Assembly (NCBI RefSeq): GCF_006345805.1
Contig: NC_042998.1
Coordinates: forward strand, 164,300,001 to 164,364,000
Length of the DNA: 64,000 nt
Reading direction: 5' to 3'
Origin: Octopus sinensis
Lineage: Eukaryota
The first letter of the stretch is position 1; every line of letters starts with the position of its first letter. Positions 53,779 through 64,000 of the stretch are shown here, piece after piece. Made by a program: the position numbers and the translations under genes. The notes below the pieces were generated by a model. The model was not told the DNA's origin. It saw nothing but the letters and a program-made list of their open reading frames with translations, and made no database searches.

Positions 53779-53796
53779 TAACAATGATAATAATAA

Positions 53797-54098
53797 TACC
53801 AATTAATAGCAGATGACAACGTTTCTCTAAAAGAAATGGAGAAACTTTCAAAATGCAAAACCTAGAAATAGAGGTTACTCGAATGTGGAATCTAAAACAG
53901 AAACAATTCCTATCATAGTAGGCGCATTAGGTATGATAAAAAAATATTCAGACAAATACATAACAAAAAACACCAAGACTTGCAAATATATACAACATAC
54001 AGAAAATCGCACTACTGGGCACTGCACACATCCTACACAAAACGCTTTCAATACAGTAACCGTAAGAGCATCACAACGAACCACAGCACATACCCAAG
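53797..54098 (+). mobile_element. 3' end of an R4/Dong-like RLE LINE, 5'-truncated in (TAA)n
   Basis: Frameshifted ADDNVSLKEMEKLSKCKNLEIEVTRMWNLKTETIPIIVGALGMIKKYSDKYITK…IQ.IALLGTAHIL, typical of the R4-clade C-terminus; (TAA)n immediately upstream. Confidence 0.75.
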
Positions 54099-54354
54099 TA
54101 ATTGATTGGCATTATTTAAAAATCGATACCGAAAGAACGAAAGGTAAAGCAGAATTGGAACATAAAGAGCCAGACAATTTTTTTTGCGACAATCTAAAGA
54201 TGTTACCAATCTGTCATTTACAAGATTTACGCATCTAGAGGATCCTTCACTATGGCTGCAAATGAAATTTTAATGTATATTTAGAATATTTGAATATTTA
54301 AATAATAATAATAATAACAATAACAACAATAATAATAATGATAACAATAACAAT

Positions 54355-54396
<42 letters not shown>

Positions 54397-55160
54397 AATA
54401 ATAATAATAATAATAATGATAATGGTGATGGTGGTGGTGATGATAATGATGAGATTGATGATGTTTTTTTCGTCTTTAGGCAAAAGGCCTGAAGTAAAAT
54501 AGTATCAAAATTATTATGACAAAATTCCCCAATAGGAAAACGTCCGCTTAAATAATTCGCTAACCTAATCTCTGCAAACTCGTCGCACTGGAAGCGACGC
54601 CTTTAGCTTCCAGTAACCGAGTTTCTGCCTATGAAGTCGATGTCGACCGTACAGATCTCAAATTTGTGGTCTGTGTAGCCAAGGATTTTTAATTATGGGC
54701 AACCTATGCTATTTTTATCTATGGCCTCTATCTAGATACGATCCGAAAAATCCAATTCAGTTTGTACATGTCCACATTGGTTTATTCGGTAGATTCAGTC
54801 TGGAGCAAAACTGCACATACACACACAAACTCACAGACACAACTATGTCCATTGTTAATGATTGATTAAATGTATACATTGTTATGATCCTCACTAGCAT
54901 TTCGGGACTAGTGAATATTTGCAATTATTTAAACAAGCTTTTCTCAAATAAAATTGTAGCAATTTCATTTCCGTTATATTGGTTAGTCACCTCAATCCCC
55001 GAGGAGTTCACATAGCGAACGTACATCCTTAGCGTAGCTAGGACCACACCCTAAAACAAATGATTCACTTCTGAGCAAATCAATAATAAATAATACAATA
55101 CGAAGCTAAGGTGAAACCCACAATGGAGTGTAACAACAGCATCGTCTCAAATATGCTGTC

Positions 55161-55490
55161 ATGGCTCAATGGTTAGAACATCGGCCTCACAATCATGAGG
55201 TAGTGAGTTTGATTCCCAGACCGGGTTGTGTGTTGTGTCCTTGAGAAAGACACTTTATTTCAAGTTGCTTCAGTTCACTCAGCTATAGAAATTAGTTGCG
55301 ACAGTACTGCTGCCAAGCTGTATCGGCCTTTGCCTTTCCTTTGGAGGACATCGGTGGCGTGGAGAGGAGAGGCTGGTATGCATGAGCCACTGCTGGTCTT
55401 TTGTAAACAACCTTTTCGGGACTTTTGTCTCGGAGGGTAATTTTCTAGGTGCAATCCCATGTTCATTCATGACCGAAGGGGTTCTTTAAC
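55161..55490 (+). mobile_element. tRNA-derived SINE (family C related)
   Basis: ggctcaatggttagaacatcggcctcacaatcatgaggtagtgagtttgattcccagaccggg followed by ttgtgtccttgagaaagacactt. Confidence 0.7.
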
Positions 55491-55983
55491 TGAAACGTTG
55501 TTGCTGTCACACATACAATCATTCTAGGTCGCACCATGTGAAAAATCATTTAATTTATTGACATAAAATCACTTACAGACCTCTTGCCCACAGATTTGTT
55601 GTACCTCATCTCACTACCCTTTCTACCACTTCTGTAAGGACCTTTACTCGTTGAATCTGTATCATCTCATAATACATCCACACAATTAATCCCGACTTAG
55701 CTGTTTCTTTTCCTAACTCCTATCATTATCTATATCAGTCTCACCTTCTGATCCTGCACTAACCATTATGTCCAGTTTGTTTTTCTCCCCAATACCTTTG
55801 GAATTTTTCCTAACTCAAGTCTTTCTTGTAAGTGTCAATTTGCACCAGTTTTAGCAGTACATTAGCAGCACCAGTTTCGCTAGTCTCGGAGGATCTACGA
55901 AAGCCATAAGCACTACCCCTTTCTCTAATCCGAGCAACTAAAAAAAAAAATAGCGACAACAAAAGTTACTGATATCTTTAGAA

Positions 55984-56161
55984 TAGTGCTCCGCAACCTT
56001 TTTTGTACTTGCGGTACAGATATTCTTTTCAAAATTCGGCCGCACACCTGAACTAAAAATATAACTAAAAGTATAGCGAAAAAATTATATTCAGGTTAGG
56101 CACACCTAACGTCGTCTCGCGGCACACTAGTGTGCTGCGGTACACCGGTTGTGGAGCACTG
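55984..56161 (+). mobile_element. hAT-type MITE, same family as 9018-9203
   Basis: TIRs tagtgctccgcaacc / ggttgtggagcactg; degenerate 8-bp TSD ctttagaa/ctttgaga. Confidence 0.75.
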
Positions 56162-56642
56162 CTTTGAGATCCTAAGCATTGAGTCTGTTCTATCCGCCTT
56201 TATTTGCAGTCTCTGTCAACTATGGATTGAAACTAGGGTGAGCCGTCTTGGGTTATTTGATGATTTAAATCTTGTTCTACCACAATGTCACAGATGTTTA
56301 TGTAATTAATAATTTATAAACCTACATCAGGAGAATTAAATTTGGTGTAGAGCTGCAGTCGATTTAATCAAAGAAAGATTCGAGCTATAGGGTTATTCAC
56401 CTTGCTATAGCAAAACCAGCTAAGTCTTCTTTAAATGATATCACGCTGTCTGTACACATAGGATAATATGGCCATGAGTTCCCTGCACAAAGGGAAACTG
56501 CTGAGATGATCACAATTGGAATGCTCTGCTGGATCAGAGCTGACTTAGCACCAAGCAACAACAAGTAAGTAACAATAAGCTCACAACCCCGGAAAGAGAG
56601 AAAAACAACACCAACTCTGGTAGAATTTAACCAAAAATGCAA

Positions 56643-56695
<53 letters not shown>

Positions 56696-56841
56696 GTTGC
56701 GAGGATGATCCGGTTCTTGACTGAAGATAAAAGGCTTCGAATGACCCGTCCGTGTTTTTTTTTTTGCACCGTCTATCTGGGTGTTTTGTTGTCCCCTTTT
56801 GTATCACCTAGTTGTCCAAATGTTTTTGCGTTCTTCTATTT

Positions 56842-56902
<61 letters not shown>

Positions 56903-56917
56903 ACACACACACACACA

Positions 56918-56949
<32 letters not shown>

Positions 56950-57944
56950 GCATTTGTTCAGTACTTATAAAAGCGTTTCCGCATTCGTTAACGTTTTGTA
57001 ATATGATGATATTGATTTCTGACATTAAGTCATGGCCTCATATTCTGGAGATCACGATCGATTTCATAGAGCCCTATAACGAGCTGATGGTTATTTTATT
57101 GTCTCCGACGAGATAAAATGTAAAGTTGATTCTGGCGGGATTTGAAGTTGAAGCAATGTATTCTCTTTTGTCATCTGCCCCCTACCGTTTTGTAGTTACG
57201 ATAAATATTTATGAGATTGAAACTTTGGATTAGATTACATTATAAATTAAATTTCATTCTTAATTTCTTTTTCAGACGGAATATTTCGTGCGTCTTTCAG
57301 TATCATCTAACTTGAAGGCAGAAAAGAAATAAAAAAAAGTTATATATGTATAAACTGCTGTGAAACTATCTGTCTACGGATACGAGACATATGGAGTTTA
57401 AATAAAGTAAAAGTATATTATCTAAGCGGCCATTTTGTTGAGTGGTTATGTTTACAGTGCAAGCATATAGCTATGATGGCTGAATATATAAACACGACCC
57501 AGTTTGTAGATGCTCATAAACAAATCCACGCTTGCGTACATATACAAAGATTCGTATAAGTAAACACGTGTGGGCATTATACAATTTATAAACGAAATTA
57601 TACGAATCAACACACGCATGAATTCATACACTTACTCATAAATACGCACACACACTCACAAGAAAAACACACGGCAAACACACATGCGAGAAAACTACAC
57701 AGGTAAACACACACACATGTTAAATATGCACACAAATACACTCGCAGACACACATACATACACATATACATTCGCGCACATACATGTATATTTACAAGAA
57801 TTCAACTCAATACAGATTTAGATATGTATTGAATCATGTAAACAGACGTAAACACATAACCATATAATCACAAACGTGATAAATGCAAGACTTATACCTA
57901 TCACAGTTTCTATTTATATCGCTTGCAAAAGCAGAAAAGTAATA

Positions 57945-58547
57945 ATGGATGTTGAAAACAGTAAATCACCTGGAACGGCTTTCAGTCGACTGAAAACAAC
58001 AGCCACCATAATTTTACAGACATTCTTACTACTTTTACTTATAATAGTTGGACTACTATTAATATCTGTCCGCATTTTATCAACTTTTTTTCTAATCTTA
58101 GTCCGTTTGTTTGCAAGCGTCGTAAAAGGAATACAAAAGCCAATCGAATTTGCTCTACAAACCTCCAGAACTGTATTAAAAGCCATAACTTCACCAGTCC
58201 AGTCAACAACGGTGCTACTCAAGCTTATTGTAATGGGGTTTGTAATTACCGTCGGATTTCTTGTAGAAATGATCCGTGTGGGAAAACGAACTGTCATCAC
58301 GTCCATTACATTTCTTCTGACGAGTTTCAAAGTGCTACTGGGTGTCTCTCTGGTAGCCCTAACAGTTTTAGGGTGCACTCTTTCTGTTGTGGCCCATTAT
58401 GTGGTTGCCATTTACATGTTGCTCATTAGGTTTTGTTGGTTTTCCATGTTTGTTGCCGTGGTTCACTATGTGACGATACCTGAAATGAGTATCTGGGGAC
58501 ATGTCTTCATGGGTTTACCTAGCGTTTTCCAGAACTTGATAAACTAG
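57945..58547 (+). CDS. Orphan hydrophobic/amphipathic protein, 200 aa (MDVENSKSPG…FQNLIN)
   Basis: Uninterrupted 603-nt frame in non-repetitive sequence, good start context (taataATGG), several long hydrophobic stretches, no transposon motifs recognised, no family recognised. AG acceptors just upstream suggest a spliced 5' UTR. Confidence 0.55.
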   Translation: MDVENSKSPGTAFSRLKTTATIILQTFLLLLLIIVGLLLISVRILSTFFLILVRLFASVVKGIQKPIEFALQTSRTVLKAITSPVQSTTVLLKLIVMGFVITVGFLVEMIRVGKRTVITSITFLLTSFKVLLGVSLVALTVLGCTLSVVAHYVVAIYMLLIRFCWFSMFVAVVHYVTIPEMSIWGHVFMGLPSVFQNLIN

Positions 58548-58611
58548 CGTATGTCATCATAGGATTTGCTTTACCTGTGCAAGCATGCGTTTATAAATAA
58601 ATATATAAGTA

Positions 58612-58670
<59 letters not shown>

Positions 58671-58856
58671 TAATATATATATATATATATATGTATGTGT
58701 TTATATATATATATATATATATAATATATATATATTATATATATATATATATATATGTATGTGTTATATATATATATTATATATATATATTATATATATA
58801 TATATATATATAATATATATATATATATGTATGTATGTATGTGTGTGTGTATATAT

Positions 58857-58887
<31 letters not shown>

Positions 58888-58945
58888 CATTCATGCTTGC
58901 ATGTATGCATGCATATATATATAGTGACAGAGGGAGAGAGAGAGA

Positions 58946-59180
58946 TAGTAATCCCTCGACTATCGCGGGTGTTACGTTCCCAACACCCACATGATAGGTG
59001 AAAATCCGCCAAGTAGAAACAGTACTGTACAGTATATTTTTTTGATTATTTTTATAATTTGTATATATTTATTTTATTATAAATGCAAAACAACACCACA
59101 GAGGAATCAACATAAGCTTAAATAATAAACCACGATAGGTATGCCACGATAGTGAACAGCGATATGTCGAGGGGTTACTG
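58946..59180. mobile_element. Tigger/pogo-like MITE (235 bp)
   Basis: TIRs tagtaatccctcgac / gtcgaggggttactg. Confidence 0.75.
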
Positions 59181-59790
59181 AATATATATATTATATATAA
59201 TATATATATATATATATAAATGGCGGTGCATCAGCATGGCGAAGGTCTGAGCTGAAACTACACAAATATAAATATATATATATAATTATAATAAGGGTTT
59301 TTTGCAACAAGTTGCTTAAACCACATACCGAAAATATTAGAAATAGCAGTCAAAAGGCTACTATTTCCATTACTACAAAAATAAGTCTCCACAAACAACA
59401 GTATTTGTAACTCATATATGGTAAAAGAAGAAGGAAAACAACGAAACCACACAGTCTACTGGATTAATTATGGACGATCGTTTCTGGATTAGAATCGTAA
59501 AGTTCATTTCCTTATCAACATAATATTTCCCATAAATCTAGAAATGCTAGGAAAAACTTACCTTTTATATATTCGACCAAGCGACATCGAAAGATATAAA
59601 AGTCCACTAGCATATTCACATTTATATAGACAAGCGAATTCGTATCTCCCTCCAAAATCTCACCACGTGTGTCACAAAACAGTACTGCCGAAAAGAAGTT
59701 TCGTAGTTTTATTGTAGAGGAGTAAAAGTATTCAATACAGATAAAGGGTTCACCCATTATCTGTATATATATATATATATATTATATATA

Positions 59791-59856
<66 letters not shown>

Positions 59857-60019
59857 GATATATTATTATATATATAAATAAGAGATATGATGAGGAATAT
59901 GATATCCAGGCAGATATCAAATTTCTATGAGTAATTCGAATTTTATTCTAACTGGAAATAGACATAAAGTTGAATGTTCAAATTCTTCATTCTCCTCTTA
60001 TATATATATATAAATATAT

Positions 60020-61771
60020 AAATAGTTTTAAAAAAGTTTTTTTAGCTGCTATTTCTAATGAGTTCAGTATGCGGCAAAGTAATTATTTTACTAAGCCCTT
60101 TTATATATGTAATAATTTGAATTCGCCTAAATGGTCCCTTGCATACTGAATACTTGGTGGAAATGATTAATAATTAATTAATTTACCTCAATTGTTGAAA
60201 TATAATTCATCTCTCTCTATTTAATGCCTCGGATTTTACCGGAAAAAAGCATAGGTTACTGATTTTAACCCACGCTGGTGGAAAGGGGAGAGCAGAAATT
60301 CTTCGCTGCTATTTGAGTTTGCTGGCACTGTTAGTTCGAGCAGATCTTCAGAAGCGATAAGAAGCCGAAAGGGTTGCTCCCACTTTCAGTGTTTTCAAAT
60401 CAAACCAAGGAGTTCTGCGTGATGATAGAAATGTCGAGTTGACTAATCTTGAAACCGTACGTTCTCAAATAACCTTTGCATTGATTTTTTAATGTCTTTA
60501 CCCCATACTTTCGTGAGTTGAATTGAGCAAACACTATATGAGAGAGGTTTTCTTTAAGTATTATAAATAGTTTTAAAAAAGTTTTTTTAGCTGCTATTCT
60601 AATGAGTTCAGTATGCGGCAAAGTAATTTATTTTACTAAGCCCTTTTATATAATGTAATATTTGAATCGCCTTAAATGGTCCCTTTGCATACTGAATAAC
60701 TTGGTGAAATTGATTAATAATTAATTAATTTTACCCTCAATTGTTGGAAATATAATTCATCTCTCTCTATTTAATGCCTCGGATTTTACCGAAAAAAGCA
60801 TAGTGTTACTGATTTTAACCCACGCTGGGGACAGGGGAGAGAGCAGAAATTCTTCGCTGCATATTTGAGTTTGCTGGCACTGTTAGTTTCGAGCAGATCT
60901 TCAGAAGCGATAAGAAGCCGAAAGGGTATGCTCCCACGTTCAGTGTTTTCAAATCCAAACCAAGGAGTTCTGAGCTGATGATAGAAATGTCGAGTTGACT
61001 AATCTTGAAACGTACGTTCTCAAATAACCTTTGCATTTGATTTTTTAATGTCTTTACCCCCATACTTTCGTGAGTTGAATTGAGCAAACACTATATGAGA
61101 GAGGTTTTCTTTAAGTATTAGAAATAGTTTTAAAAAAGTTTTTTTAGCTGCTATTTCTAATGAGTTCAGTATGCGGCAAAGCAATTTATTTTACTAAGCC
61201 CTTTTATAATGTAATAATTTGAATTCGCCTTAAATGGTCCCTTTGCATACTGAATACTTGGTGAAATTGATAATAATTAATTAATTTTACCCTCAATTGT
61301 TGAAATTATAATTCATATCTCTCTCTATTTAATGCGCCTCGGATTTTACCGAAAAAAGCATAGGTTTACTGATTTTAACCCACGCGGTGGAAAGGGGAGA
61401 GCAGAAATTCTTCGCTTGCATATGTGAGTTGCTGGCAATGTTAGTTTCGAGCAGATCTTCAGAAGCGATTAGAAGCCGAAAGGGTATGCTCCCACTTTCA
61501 GTGTTTTCAAATCCAAACCAAGGAGTTCTGAGCTGATGATAGAATGTCGAGTTGACTAATCTGAAACGTACGTTCTCAAATAACCTTTGCATTTGATTTT
61601 TTAATGTCTTTACCCCCATACTTTCGTGAGTTGAATTGAGCAAACACTATATGAGAGAGGTTTTCTTTAAGTATTAGAAATAGTTTTAAAAAAGTTTTTT
61701 TAGCTGCTATTTCTAATGAGTTCAGTATGCGGCAAAGTAATTTATTTTACTAAGCCCTTTTATATAATGTA

Positions 61772-61772
<1 letters not shown>
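60020..61772. repeat. Tandem repeat of a ~550-bp unit, three full copies plus a partial fourth
   Basis: aaatagttttaaaaaagtttttttagctgctatt restarts at ~60020, 60567, 61123 and 61678; the copies differ by scattered single-base indels. Confidence 0.92.
60798..60925 (+). pseudogene. Glutathione S-transferase N-terminal-like exon or pseudo-exon (also at ~60250-60372 and ~61358-61483)
   Basis: Majority consensus of the three copies reads KHRLLILTHAGGKGRAEILRCIFEFAGTVSFEQIF (cf. GST [25 protein letters not shown]), with a candidate donor GG|GTATGC. No single copy is frame-intact. Confidence 0.45.
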
Positions 61773-61816
<44 letters not shown>

Positions 61817-61866
61817 CATACATACATACATACATACATACAAACGCACACATATATGTATACATG

Positions 61867-61898
<32 letters not shown>

Positions 61899-62380
61899 GT
61901 GTGTATCAAAATGTGCATATGTATGTGTGTGTATATATATTTTCTTTTATTCTCTTACTTGTTTCAGTCATTTGACTGCAGCCATGCTGGACCACCGCCT
62001 TTAGTCGAACAAATCGACTCCAGGACTTATTCTTTGTAAGCCTTGTACTCATTCTGTCGGCCTAGTACCTATTCTTACGCAAAGACGTTGCGTAAGTAGA
62101 ATAAATTCAAATTATGCAACAGAAGAGGCCCTATAATGTAAATATTACCAGCACCACATATTTCACAATACGCCAATGAATTGCTTTGCGTTTGTAGTCA
62201 CCCGAAAGAGAGAGACTTGTCCTAACACTTGGCTGATATCACCTGAAGACTAATAGACCGGGGCTACATGAAAGAAAGTGCCTTGTTCTAGAACACAACT
62301 CATCACTCGATATTAGTGTTCGAATCCACGATCTTATGATCACGTGTCACATTTCCTAACGACAAGCAGTAAATGTATAC

Positions 62381-62600
62381 ACGAGAAGATATTGAAAAGT
62401 TCCTGTCTTTGAGTAAAAGAAAATATAGGAGGCTCAGTTAATTATTATTTTATTCAACAGATTCCCTTCTCAGATTCACTCGCTTATTGCAGCGGTCCTT
62501 CATTTTTTTCTAAGCCCTGTAATAGAACTGGGAAGGTTGGGCCTTCAACTAAGCTTTTCGCGAAACCCTTAAAACCAGGAACTTTTCAACACCCCTTCGT
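62381..62600. mobile_element. Mariner-type MITE (~220 bp)
   Basis: Ends acgagaagatattgaaaagttcctg / caggaacttttcaacaccccttcgt flanked by TA. Confidence 0.7.
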
Positions 62601-64000
62601 ATTATATATACGAACATTTTTACCTCTGTATACGAAGACATACATATAAAAACATATATCGCTGGCGGGGAAATGAATAGCTGCTATCTCTAGCGATCGA
62701 GTGCCCATTAGAGACAAGTCCAAGAAAGGTCGAAATTACGTGACCTTGTGGTTTCGGCGCTGGAAGTGGCGGGGATTTATCTCTCCGCTGACGATATAAA
62801 CAGGAGTGCATTTTGCATCAAAAGCCAATATGAGAGTTTCTCTCGTGTTATGTAATACAGTATAGTTTGTTCTAACAGAACATCCATGTTTAAGTGGGGA
62901 TAAATATTACTTTTCGGTGTTACTACTGCCTCTGTCACTAATAAACAATTTTTAGCCTACACACGGCTCTCTTTCACACATACGTGGGCGCGCGAACGCG
63001 TGTGTGTAACAGAGAGAGTGTATATGTTCACTTGCTACGCTCCAATCTGAAGTAACCAGCTTGTGTGTGTGTGTATATATATATACATATATATAATGTG
63101 TATATATATATATATGGATGTACGCCGGACGAAATACCGCAAAGCATTTCGTCCGGCGTGCTCACGACGCTGCCAGCTCACCGCCTTATATGCTATATAG
63201 TAACGTTGCCTGTTCATAGTGGAGCACATGTCTTGTGGGAGAAAATCGAAATGTGTCATGCGACAAAAATTTAAGAAATACTCCTCTAAGTGTTCAGTTG
63301 GACCGTGAGAAATAACAGCCAACGTTTACCATAGAAATTGCAAAAGAAGACAACATTAGAGAATATAGCGACTGATATGCAAAATATGGATGCTCAAGAT
63401 TGAAAATATTTGCTCCTAACTCTGTTCATATATGTTTCAACAGGGCTTAACAACACGTATAAATAGTTCGAAGAACCACCATGTGCAAGTTTCTTTTATT
63501 GTAGATTCAAGTACACGCAGGACTTATGAGTAAAACTGAGTGACCGGAAACTGTAGGAGCCAGTCGGATAAGAGTGACCCTGTGATCCAAAAGGTCAGCT
63601 TCGCCATTTTGATTCTACTTAAGTGTATAACAGTCTGCGGATTATTCAACCACTTGCTCTATAATTCAATAACATATGTGATAATGTATGAAACTCTGAG
63701 TAGCAGTTTTTTTGTGATATTTTTGTGATGTTTTTGCAGTTTTAATAATAAAGCATACTACTCTACCTCCGGTATTCGAGTACTATTTTTTTCACACCTT
63801 GTTTCACATTTATGTGCTTACTCGGGTGTGAGTGTGTGAGTGTGTGTGTATGTGTGTGTTTATGATTGCATATATATATGTATGTATATGTATGTATACA
63901 CACACACAGTCGTAACTTCGTTTGATATATGCCTATATGATATGACCTTGACTGACATAAACAGCATTTCGTCAAGCTAAGCGTTTTCAAACCTATTTAT

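Noticed and set aside
56710-56750. CTGAAGA…CTTCGAAT as a hammerhead
   Set aside because: Could not build consistent helices for any topology.
60970-61000. CTGATGA-TA-GAAA-TGTC in the tandem repeat as a hammerhead
   Set aside because: No stem II, and the flanks do not form stem I.

Overview
AT-rich, microsatellite-saturated eukaryotic genomic DNA. The SINE families, the (TA)n/(CA)n/(GATA)n/(TAA)n load and the gene content suggest an octopus (cephalopod) genome; this is inferred from recalled repeat families, not from a search. Host genes are sparse. They comprise the last coding exon of a repulsive guidance molecule (RGM) gene (7078-7767, +; upstream exons not seen in the window), an orphan single-exon very hydrophobic 200-aa ORF (57945-58547, +), and a GST-N-terminal-like segment recoverable only as the consensus of a noisy ~550-bp tandem repeat (60.0-61.8 kb). 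The rest is mostly transposon debris: three tRNA-derived SINE families, mariner (DD34D), maT-like (DD37D) and Tc1 (DD34E) remnants, hAT/Tigger/mariner MITEs, a Lep1-like Helitron, Tx1/L1 and RLE-type (R4/Dong-like) LINE ends, and two Penelope-like (GIY-YIG) elements. The main hidden signal is RNA structure. Several sequence families of type-I hammerhead ribozyme motifs with palindromic helix III lie in short repeats, most next to (TA)n tracts. The best (42539-42644, -) has every core nucleotide and helix intact inside a 485-bp tandem unit downstream of a Penelope endonuclease, which is a pLTR/retrozyme-like arrangement. Different non-LTR clades also appear to occupy different microsatellites: Tx1 in (GATA)n and RLE LINEs in (TACA)n and (TAA)n. 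Repeat boundaries were placed by eye and are approximate (tens of bp) unless TIRs or TSDs are quoted.
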